A stretch of DNA of 64,000 nt from Eledone cirrhosa. Taxonomy: Eukaryota. Both the position numbers and the translations under genes were made by a program. Of this stretch, positions 48,234 to 59,300 are shown one piece after another. The stretch spans positions 211,792,001-211,856,000 of the forward strand of contig OZ024740.1 in assembly GCA_964016885.1 (NCBI GenBank), in the 5' to 3' direction. How positions within the stretch are numbered: position 1 is the first letter of the stretch; each line of letters starts with the position of its first letter. A model generated the notes under the pieces. The model was not told the DNA's origin and ran no database searches. It saw nothing but the letters and a program-made list of their open reading frames with translations.

Positions 48234-48306
48234 CTGTGATACATATTTCAATGACGACAGTGGCCACACGATTCCGTGTACCCAGTGCCATGACATCATC
48301 AGACAG
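48234..48306 (-). ncRNA. Type I hammerhead ribozyme fold
   Basis: ctgt-CTGATGA-[extended hairpin capped by tacacg-gaat-cgtgtg]-GAAAT-ATGT-ATC-acag, with a perfect 4-bp stem I. Confidence 0.7.
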
Positions 48307-48809
48307 TTTCTTACATAATAAGGTTACGTTCCCGAGGCAATCCAAATTGAATCGACAAGGGAACGGACAAAGCGGGTGTTCTTGAATCCTTCGCCCGTTC
48401 CCTTGTGAGTCCCAATTCACCCCACCGGTTTGCGCAAGCGCAAATCCGAAGGAAGTTGACCATCCACTACCCCAAAACTCTACGAAACTCGCATAGGCTG
48501 GTCCCCCAACACCTCAACCAAACAATCAACCCCATCTAGGTCGGTAATATGACATGGTTATAGTTTACTACTAGTCGCCCTGCCACTGCCCGTTGACCGA
48601 GACCTAGTGGTGGTGGCAGAGTATAAGTTTCAATAGGCTTCGATACTACCCCTAAATTATGTTTGGACAGTAGAATTGACCATCACTCGCTAAGAGAATA
48701 TAAACTTAATTCTAGATTCTATGGTTTCACAGTGGAAATTATGATTGAAAATTAGAAATTAGAAATTACAAGTTAAAATCTTGATTGAAGTAAACTAAAA
48801 AAATATATA

Positions 48810-49815
48810 TGTAGTGACCTACGTTCCGCGGGCTCATACATTCTCTGAGCGTGATTTGGCTCAGCTCAGCCAATCAGCGCCAGTAGAAGAGAATGTATCT
48901 CTGCGCGCCCTGAGGGAAAGGTTCCCGCATTGACTTGAAGAATCAGCCTCTCGCTTCCTGACTGTGAAAAGGCAAACAACTAACTTTCTTTCGTCGTGAA
49001 ATCACTAGCCAACATGTGACGGTGAGATTTTGCACTTTGGCCTGCCGGCCTTCCTTGGGCCTTGCACAATGGCACATTCCCTTTTGTAACCTCATTTTAT
49101 GTGTAACTTCAACCATACAAGTTAACAAACATTATTTGTGGTGGATTGGCAGTATTGGTAGAGGGTCGGATGCCATGCTTTGACGTATAGAGTTACGGCC
49201 CTTTCCATTCTGAGTTCAAATCCCGCCAAGATTAACTTTGCCTTTCATCCTTACGGGGTCGATAAAATAAAGTACCAGTAATGCACTGGGTAATTTCTGG
49301 CCTTGTGCCTAATATAGAAACAATTATTTGTGCTACAACAAAAATAAACATACATTTCATCTCTAATTTCTGCTGTAGACATCATTATTATGTTACTCGT
49401 ATACCAATAATATATATATACTACGCTGCTAAAAGTGGTGACCCCGACGTGATGAATATTTTCAGTTCAAAATATTCCTTTTGAAATAAAATTAAAATTG
49501 GCAGTGTATGTATAAAAAAAATTTACGCCACGAGGAAATTTCAAAATGGCTACCACCAAGTACTTCTCTACTACCAGCGATCAGCAGCAACACATGGCTA
49601 ACTACTAACCAACACCAGGGAATGGCGATGTGGCAGCTTGTAACTTTACAGACGCAACCACCATACCTTCTGTCTCGTTACCACAGGGACTCGAGAAATT
49701 AAGACATCAGTCTTCTCACCACTATGGTGTCAGACGTGACTGCCATATTGGTAACTCTAGGCTCTTGAACGCTCGACTTCGATTCTACAGAAGATTCATT
49801 GTGACTTTGCTTTAA
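48810..49815 (+). mobile_element. LTR plus PBS remnant of a second LTR retrotransposon, with a SINE inserted in the LTR
   Basis: Starts TGTAGTG and includes a CCAAT box. The SINE at about 49141-49327 is flanked by an attatttgtg duplication. The PBS is at 49436. Confidence 0.65.
49436..49453 (+). promoter_or_regulatory. 18-nt tRNA-Trp primer binding site
   Basis: TGGTGACCCCGACGTGAT is the reverse complement of the tRNA-Trp 3' end ATCACGTCGGGGTCACCA. Confidence 0.85.
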
Positions 49816-50059
49816 CAACAACAACAACAACAACTCTACTAGCTTCCTAGTAAGAGCGATCCCAAAGAAATTTCAAAGAAAAGAAAAGCGAACTTTTTGT
49901 TAAAAGAAAAAAAAAACAATTCTTTCTTTCTTCCTTTTTTTTCAGGCAATGTTTGGACATTTATTTTTTTAAAACTGTATTATATGAAAATTCATTTTTT
50001 CTATCATTGTATATATGACTGCACTATTTTCTTGATCGGAAACGTGCTGATCGGAAATT

Positions 50060-51800
50060 CATGTAGTGGTGTGTATCTGTTGGTTTGTAAAATAGGTCTC
50101 TTTTGATATTTTCCCCTTCTTTAATGATAAGGATATCCAGAAACGGTAGTTCCGTTTTATTACATTTCATGGTAAATGTTATTGCTTCGTGAAGATTGTT
50201 TATGATGGGAAAATGTTTGCAGGTCTTATTAGCTTCTATTCCAGAAGATGAAACAGTCGTCTAGGTAGCGTTTCCAGTTCTGATTAATGTAGGTGGCGAA
50301 GTCATGACTGAACGTTTCCTGCAATTGGGAATATAATTTTGCCTCTAGGTGACCCATAACGAGTGTTGCATATGTTGAGGCTACTTTGGTGCACATGGCC
50401 GTTCCTTTTATTTGTAAATACAGTTCGTTATCGAAGAGGAAGTGGTTGTTCTCCAAAACTAATTTAAGTCCTTCAAAAATAAACTTTTTGTGGAATCTCT
50501 CTGAAATATAATCTGGGTGTTTTGTAATCCAGAAGTCAACAGCTTCAATTCCTAGGCCATTTGGGATGTTAGTATATAAGCTTGTTATGTCAAAGCTGAC
50601 TAAGATTGTTTCTTGGTGTACTTTCTGGAGGATATAGTTCAGGAATTCCATATCATCTCTGATGAAGCTTGGCAATTTTTTTACATGAGGCTTAGACCAG
50701 CAACAATTGGGAGTAATATTAAATCGGTTGGTTTTAGTACTTCGACATATGATGTATTTTATGTTGTTTGGGATTTCTCTGGATTTATGAACTTTCGCCA
50801 ATCCATAAAAAATGCTAGTTTTTCATTTCAAAGTTGGTTAAGTAATTGAATTCCGTTGGCGTGAGGTTATGTTGATACTTTGTCGTCAGTCTACCTTGAA
50901 TCATCGATTTTTTTCTTCACTTTTGCTGATTTTCCTGTAAAAAACCCTCGTCATTCAACTGTTCTCGGACCATATCCTTGTAGTGGTTTTTGTCCATGGT
51001 GAAGATTGCTCCACTTTTGTCAGCTTGTTTTATGATTATTGAGGTATCTTTTTGTAGCTTGTTTAGTGCTAGCAGTTGGTCTGGAGGAATGTTGCGTTTG
51101 TGTTTCGTCTCTGCAATATTTGACTGTGCCGATCGTCGGGGGTAGGTTATGTATTCCTCCGGGTGTTTGTCTCTATTTAGCGGAGGTTTGAAGTTCTTTT
51201 TGTTTTTCACTATTGATACCTCCTCGTATTCTACACCCTGGAAGAATTCACCTAAACGCAATTTTCGACAAAAAATTGTGTCTTTTAGAAGGTCGGCTTC
51301 ATCTGCTTTCACAGTGGATGTGAACTTCAGTCCTTTTTCTAATAGTTTGATTTCCTGTTGTGTTAATTTCTGGGCCGATATGTTGATTATTTTTGGTTTC
51401 TTTGTGTTTTACTCATCAAGTGCCACTTGAAGGGTGGTGCTTTTTTCTTTTTTTCCTGCATTTGGTGGAAGGCACCTTGTCCTAAAAATAGTAATTGGTT
51501 CCGAATATTTTTCATTTGGTTTCTTTTTTTGAAAGCTTCTTTTTCCAGATTCAGTTCATTCCATTCTTTGAACACATTATGAATGATGGAATTCTGGTCG
51601 TGTGTAACTGTTTCAGGGGGGAAGATTTGTTTTTGTCTATGGCGGTCTGCAATTAGGGAATCAAGTTTTTCCCTATAGCTGCGTGTTTGTTGTTCCATTT
51701 CATGTACGACATTGGTAAGAGAATCGTACTTACTTATTATTATGGAGAGTTTTTCTGAGATTTCCTGTAATATTGTCTCCGATTTGAGGGATTCAGTAAC
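50060..51800 (-). mobile_element. Penelope-like element RT, degenerate, GIY-YIG not seen
   Basis: IIIKQADKSGAI, LVSFDITSLYTNIP, QIKGTAM and WKRYLDDCFIFW. Confidence 0.88.
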
Positions 51801-51924
51801 AGATTTTGAACAGTAACAGATTTTGAACGTGTGTTCACCATTCTATCTTGTACAAAATGGTAGAAAATGTGTGAAATCCTTGGTACAGTTAGGTATTATT
51901 TGAGACCCGGGAGTAATTATTTGT

Positions 51925-52478
51925 AATTAGTTTCATCACATAGAACAAAATGCAGGCGAAAGAGTGGAAAAAGCGAGACGCTACCAGAGCAAAAGATAGC
52001 AATATAGCGAGGAGTACTGGGAAACCTCTCTTATAACTTTTGAGGCAAGCCGGCACGCTCGCAGCATTACCTGGGGTGATGGTGAGGCTGAGGTGTTGGA
52101 ACAACCAAGTGCCCTCACAAGCATCACCAGTTACCTCTGTTTGGTGAGCCGCCAGTGAAGATAAGAACATCACTGTCAGTAGCCCGACTCCCCCAAACGT
52201 CTCGAACGCCACAGGCTGGATAATGTAGTTAACTGACAGAACACAGCATTTTAGGATTTTGTTCCGTTCAGCTGCGGAAGCTGTAGCTCTCGCCCTTACC
52301 GCTGTATCCAGGATATGGGAAGAAACAAAAGAGTCACTAACTGTGACGTCCCAGGTAAGACACCTGCCTCTTGACCAGGAGCACAGAGTAAGACCGTCAA
52401 GTCTTTTCCCATCAATTCTGGACAATCCAGATGGTTCCAAAATTGAGGGGATGTTTGCCCGGGCCAAAGTTCTTAAGT
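51925..52478 (-). mobile_element. CRE-clade RLE fragment
   Basis: LEPSGLSRIDGKRLDGLTL...WDVTVSDS...PVAFETFG. Confidence 0.85.
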
Positions 52479-52689
52479 GGTAATAGGACAGTGTGTGTAT
52501 GTGCGCGCGCGTGATTTTGTCGGCGTTCTTAAATTAGAGACACGTGCGTGTGTCACTGTTTTTAAGTTATACATATATATATATGTGTATCCCTTTCCTT
52601 CCTTTTACACACACATACATTCACACAAACACACATACATATCGCGTGATGGACGGGTGGACAGAAGTCCCTCAAATTTATATACATGT

Positions 52690-53281
52690 GAAAGGAGTTC
52701 TACTGAAGAAGTTCGAGAAATGTAAGTATCTTGGAACCGTGTTCATGAGTGATGGAAGGCAGGAGGCTTAATTAAGTGCAAGAATTGCGTCAGCGTCAGC
52801 ATTCAGCAATCAGAAGAAGGGGGTAGGTGTAAAAGCCAAACTCGCTGTCTTCCTGGTATTCCTGCCAACTCTTACCGGGGATCATGACTCTTGAGTAATG
52901 ACCAAAATAATACAATTGCAAATAAAAGCGGCAGAAATGGGATTCCTCCGAAGGGTCCTTGGAGTAACCTTACTCGATAAAGTGCATAGTTCAGGGACCA
53001 GAGAGTCACTCCTGGTAGAGCCGCTACTTCTCCGAATTGAGAGATCACAACTCCGATATTATGACCATGTGGCTAGAATGTCTCAGTAAAGAATCGCTGG
53101 ACACATTTTACAGGCAAAACCAACCGGCAAGAGACCCAGGGGTAGACTCTGAGCAAGTCACACTTTGGGATCCAGTTGGATCAGTTACAGATGTTTGCTT
53201 CTGACAGACTCGCTGGATGGAGTGTTTGAGAAGGACTCAGCCCCACGAGCCTCTCAGAAATAAGTGAGCGAAGAAGAAGAT
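52690..53281 (+). mobile_element. RTE/Expander-like LINE 3' fragment with (GAA)n tail
   Basis: KYLGTVFMSDGRQE and AAEMGFLRRVLGVTLLDKV...LRIERSQLRY. Confidence 0.8.
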
Positions 53282-54003
53282 ATTGTCAATTTACTTTTCA
53301 ATTTACATATATATATTTTTGCGTATAATACCAATATGCACACTACATATGCTAGCAGAAAACCGCCCATGGGTGGTTTTTCTGCTAGTGATGATAATGA
53401 TGATGGGGGAAACTATTTTATCAGTAATTTATTCTCTGAAAAGAAATTTGTTGTATTCTAATTGCAGAGAATAAATATTGCATCATGCATGCATCGTCCC
53501 GTAACTCCTGAGGGAGTCACAGCGGCGCTGTATTGATATACGGCGTTTCTAGAATATTTTAAAAGCTGGTGGAGCCCAATTCGCTCCAGGTCTGATTTCT
53601 TCCAGGGAAGGATAGAGAGTGAGAGAATGGACGTTAGAAAGAGATATAGAGGAAGAATCGACTCTGATACTAGATAGGTACTTATTTTATCGACCTCAAA
53701 TAAGATCAAAGGTAAAGTTGACCTGACCGAGATTTGAACTCTGAGAGCAGAATGTCGGAATGAATACCACAAAGCATTCTATCAGACGATCTAACAACAC
53801 TGCTAATTTGCAACGTTTAGAATAAATGTTAAGAGATGTATAGAAAAGTAAATATGAACAGTATAGTCATGAGAAAAGAAAGTCGTTATAATGGGATTAG
53901 TAGCTATAATAGGATTTACACTACAATGGGATTTGTATGTTAATAGGATGATGTCTCAATACACTTTTATACAAATCTTTTTCTAAACATATGTACATAT
54001 CAA

Positions 54004-55013
54004 TTATGTTGGTTTCTTCCCAGCTTCATAACATACAGTACCTAATTTAAACCAACCTGATTTATAAAGTTGAAGCTGTGTTTTTGGTTTTTCTTTTTCA
54101 ACATACATTCCATATATGATTTGCTGATCTGTACTTATAAGCTTCAGGGACAAAGCTTTCTTAACAAAGTTTAAATACTCTTGAGTAAATTTGTACAAAA
54201 CATCATATTTGCCAAGGTTACAGCCACCTGCTAAACACACCATATTTCTATAAACAATATTTTTATAGGTTATATTCTTATTAAAACTACCTACGTTAAC
54301 CGGTAATCGAGATCCTAAAACTGGAAAAACCCACAGTCAACTGGGTCAACGACACTTTGAGCGCAGCCAGTTAGAATCTTATCTTTCCTTCACCGATAAC
54401 AATGTATTTCATGTCTGAAATTATTGACTCAACCGTAACGAGTTAACACTATGTAGATCTATTTTATTCCCTATTGTATAAATAATATTACAAATAAAAA
54501 AAAGAAAAGAAAAAACAGTAGCGGATACCACACACATCTAGGACCACATACAACACATAATCAGATAATACACACATCTTTGGAATATTGTTAATCAATT
54601 TTTTAGTAATCTACTGATATAAAAATCAGTAGTATATTGAAAAATGGAAAAATATGGGGGGGGGGGGGCGTTTCGTGATTTCGACGGACAAAAGGGGGCA
54701 TTTGGCCTAAATGGGTTGAGAACCTGTGGTATAAACAATTAAATTATTAGTGATGTTAGCAAATAGAGACATCCATTTGTAATAGGTGCTGGGCCCATGC
54801 TTATTTCCAGGACTTCCCTTTCCAAAGGTTCCTATATTAAAATATGCAGTCAATATTGTGAGTTCATTGGAAAGGTTCATGGTTTTTTTTCGGAAGATCT
54901 TTTTCAAAAGGGAGAATGTTTTCTTTGATTGAAGATATTTCTAAAGATATTTTCGTAACATTTGGTGTTATGATTGCTATATTCAAGTTATCTCCTACTT
55001 TCGTCTGATGATC
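54004..55013 (-). pseudogene. HtrL/YibB-family (putative glycosyltransferase)-like gene, disrupted
   Basis: N-terminal LTILTAYFNIGTFGKG...YYKWMSLFANITNNLIVYT and C-terminal LAGGCNLG...LISTDQQIIYGMY...WFKLG. Acceptor ttttacAG at 55014. A8 frameshift at about 54883-54890. The middle is replaced by an insertion. Confidence 0.68.
54301..54728 (-). mobile_element. hAT-like insertion (one end only) in the HtrL-like gene
   Basis: Begins CACAGGTTCTCAACC directly after the IVYT codons. No matching second TIR was seen. Confidence 0.5.
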
Positions 55014-55594
55014 CTGTAAAATACATTATATAGCAAATTACATTAAGAGATGATATAAGAGAAAAAATAATACAAAATAGATTATATTTTATATGTTATA
55101 TTCCTTACTATAGGAATAACAAAATATATTTATAAAACAAAGAAATGACTAGTGAAAAAATCATGGACAAAATTATTTATAAACCAAAGAAATGTTTACA
55201 AAAAATTATTATAAAGTGTGAATTATTGGAGCTAAATGTAACAAAGGAATCTCTGTAACAAATATATCTGGCTTTTATCAAAATCTGTTACATGATGAAA
55301 TATATAAAACTAAATTTTTTTAATAATATATCTTATTTTTAATAAATTAATTCACTGTTGTATAAATAACATTACAAATATGAATAGACATATGAAAGAA
55401 AAAGAAAAAAAGAAAAGTAAAAAGGGTAATAGGAAAACCAAGCAATGAACATGGTAGGGAAGGGGTAAAGAAGGGCTGATCAGACTGCATGGGAAAGTAG
55501 GAGAAATGCCATAAATGAAAGGAAAGTGAGGCAAAAGGCAAGGACTATGAGGTTATGTAATAAAGAGATAGAAAAGGGGAGAGGGTAATAGGCC

Positions 55595-55920
55595 CTATGC
55601 CTGGGGCAGGGCAGTGTTTAGGCTGCACTCCGCGGACAAAACTGCAAAGGTATTTTTGTGGACAATGGCCAGTGACACCCACTGCAACAGCCACCCCACC
55701 TCGTGGTGTTCCTTCCTCAGACAAGCTGCTGACAATCCGATTTTACGGAGGAACTCGGCAGTATGGTATCCAAGGACGCCTGAGGTCTCAATGGCAACCG
55801 GTGTGATGAGGAAGCGGCTGGACAAACCCTGGTATTTGCTTGTCTTTCTGTTCTCTGTATTGCAAGCCTCAGTACAGGGGTCTGTGGCTGAAGCTACAGT
55901 GCTGGAGGTGGAGAACATGT
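55595..55920 (-). mobile_element. CRE-clade 3' fragment
   Basis: TPVAIETSGVLG...WLLQWVSLAIV is homologous to 33402-33690. Confidence 0.8.
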
Positions 55921-56143
55921 CCCGTTTTTATTATTTCTTTTAAACAATTACACTGAAATTAAAGAAATCTTTCAATAAGCATGAAACATTATCGTCTCTG
56001 TGTAATGACAATATCAAAAATAATCAAGTGACTTTCTCATGATTTGAAACCTGTACACGGTTGATATTTATTTTATTTCATTTGCCTAAGAGGATAAAAG
56101 TCATAATTAAATTGTAATTATTATTATTATTATTATTGTTATT

Positions 56144-56349
56144 CCTTGAATCTCAGTCATTGATGTTGGTTAACTGGAAAGTCCGTTGGAATGAATATCA
56201 AGCCACTACCTGCAGCCTCAGATATTCAGGACGTATCGGAGGGTTCTTGCTGTTCCAAGCAAGCATGCCTTTTGAAGCGTTCCAAAAAGCGTGAAGGGGC
56301 CGATTTTCTTTAACCATCTCTGGAAACTTTTGGAGATAGTCCCCAGTGC

Positions 56350-56350
<1 letters not shown>
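56144..56350 (-). mobile_element. 5'-truncated Dong/R4-like LINE within (TTA)n
   Basis: Near-identical to 62291-62498 and flanked by (TTA)n on both sides. Confidence 0.88.
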
Positions 56351-56393
<43 letters not shown>

Positions 56394-59300
56394 GAATGCT
56401 ATGGTTGACGGAGGCTCGGCTCTGTAAGGTATTGTAAATTTTGACCGCTATAACAATTGTAAATTGTTTAAAACTTTAACCAAATTGTAGACAAAAACAC
56501 CCTCCTCCTCGTGAGAGGAGTCTTTCTGCCCGTTATTTGGCCCTTCGGGGTTAAATAATCGCTTATTGGTGTTTTGTGCCCAATATTTATTTTAAACAAA
56601 AAAAAACATGGCTACGAAAAAGAATTTTCATAGGTCACTCCCACTCATTCCATCTTCTTCTTCCTCAATCGTCACTACAGCAGAGAGAAGATTGTCTCTC
56701 TCCCTCCCTTCTTTTTCGCAAGCGACGCCAGAAAAGAAAAATCACGTGCAAAGCGTGCAAGATTTCTCCACGACGACGACAACAACGACGAAAAAGGTGT
56801 GCGGGAAATACGAAAACCCATTTCATTCGTCTGACGTCAGGAATAATAGCAGTAGCAGCCGTAATAACAGCAGCAGCAGCAACAGTGGCAAGGAAAACAA
56901 CAGTAGCAGCCGCAACAGCATCAGCAGCAGCATAAACAACAACAGCATTAGCAGCAACAGCAACAACAACAGCAGCAGCAGCAACAACAACAACCACAGC
57001 AACAGCGGCGGCGGCAGTAGTCGTAGTACCTGCAGCAACAACAAAAGTAACAGCAGCTCTGACGACAACAACAACAACAACAACAGCAGCCAAGAAAAAC
57101 CAATCTCGTTTGCAGGTATCGCAAAGAACCTGGAAACCATCCTCATAACAAATGAGGAATTACAGGAAGCGAAGAAGATGGTGACGAAAACCGGACACCG
57201 AGCAATCTGCAAGGCAGCCGAAAAATTTTTCGAAACTCAACAGCACTGTACGGTCACGTACCGTACAGTAAGCACAAAATCCCGTAGGGTTGAAAGAGCC
57301 ACAGAGGCTCAAATACAAAAAAGCCTTAGGGTCTGTGTGACAGCGGAAAACGTATATCACCCGAGGCAAGAAATATGCCACCGTAGACGTGATTTTTGCC
57401 ACACCCCAGGAGGCAAAGGCTCAATCCTTAGTGATCCTAAGGAGCGAGGAAATGGTGTTGGTGCCCTCCTACTGCAGGTAAAAAATTGTGAGGGTCAAAC
57501 TGACCCCCCTCCCTCCCAGGATGGCCCCTTCTTGGCTGGCCGCGTCTGTCCTCGTCAGAATCGAGGACAAAACAACTGTACTGCAAGTACAGAAAAAAGT
57601 AAGAGAAGATTGGGTCGGCACCTCCATTGAGATGTTACTCCAAATCAACCAGGAGTGCATCGAAGCTATCCCGGATGTGATAGACTTCGATAACGGCACT
57701 CAACTGCCCATAAGTGATGAGGGCAAACGCCAGAAATGCTTTCGCTGTGGATCGAAGACTCAACTCAGGGCCTTCTGCAATGAGAAGACCCTGAGAAAGG
57801 AGAAAACCCGCTTCCTTCCGAAACCGGCTCCGCGGCTACCAGCAACAGGACAAGTGGCAACCAGAACGATAGGTCCGTGGCACCCATACCCACGCCACGG
57901 AAATCAAGAACAGCAGCAGCAGTGGAAGTATTAACAACAACAACAGCAATACCAAATGCAGCTGCAACAGAGACTCCACTGCAAACATCACCAACAACAA
58001 CAAGTGAAAGAGTGGAGCTGGTACCCCTCCCCGACCTCACAGAATCAGACATGGAGTGTGAGGTGGGAGAGGGATGGCAAAAGGTCGTAAGAAGGCACAA
58101 ACGCAGAAGCAGCGCATCATCGCCTTCGAAAAGGGAGGAAAGAAATGAAAAAAGGGTAAAGGCTACTGCAAAGAGACTCACAGCAGCAACACCACCAACA
58201 CCATCACCACCCACACTAGCACCACCATCACCACCGACGACAACCCCACCACCAACAACAACAACACTTTCAACACCACCACCACAAGCACCAACATCGC
58301 AAACACAACAAAACGCACACACCCAGCAACAACGACAAGAAAATAGCAGAACCACACCCCACCCCCAGAAAAACAAATGCACGGCAATAAATACACACAA
58401 CAAGAAACTAATGACTTACATAATTGAACACACAGACATTTCACAGCACGACTACATAATACCAGCACCAATCAAAACGCCAACTAACATAAGACTGCTA
58501 AAAATAACACAGAAACAATACACAAACATTAAAACGAAAAACATTAAAACCATCCTCCTCTACGAAAAGTACGGTAAGTGGTCTTTCCCATCTTTTCCAC
58601 TCTATTTTAAACATGACCTCACTCAGAATAGGCAGCATAAATGCGCGCGGCTTGGGGTCGTCATGGAAGCAGGGTCACCTGCTCAACGACCTCAGGTCAC
58701 TAAACATAGATGTAGTGGCCATCAGCGAGACCAGAATCTCCGAAGCACGGGCCTTCGCACCGATCTTCGGCGGCTACGATGTGTACGCATCTTCCAGCCG
58801 TCCTGGTACGGGGGGGGGAGGGGAGTTGCTGTGCTTTTTCGGAGAGGTTTGGACCTCGCCATACGGGCCATCTTCCTGGACCCAGAGGGTAAGTTGGTGG
58901 TGCTGGACGTGACCAGCGGAGACGGGCAAGCTTTCAGGCTAGTGGCCGTCTATGCCCCGACAGGAGCAGGGCGGCCTGATTTCTTCCGGCGTCTGGAGAC
59001 CTTTCTTGGAACGTCCCGCTCTTTAGTGATAGTGGGCGACTGGAACGGGATCTTAGATGCACGCTGGGACTGTGTGGGATTAGCGGATAGGGATGGAGGG
59101 TGCAAGAGCCTCACCAACCTGCTCAGGCGTTTTGAACTGTCTGACAGGTACCGATTGGATTTCCCGAATGTGCCAATGTGGACTTGGACAAATCGCATAG
59201 GGTCATCCAGATCATATCTAGATAGAGTATTTTGTAGGGAAATAGATAGGTCTAGCATAGGCTGTCCACAATTCAAGATAGTCAGCTACACGGACCACAA

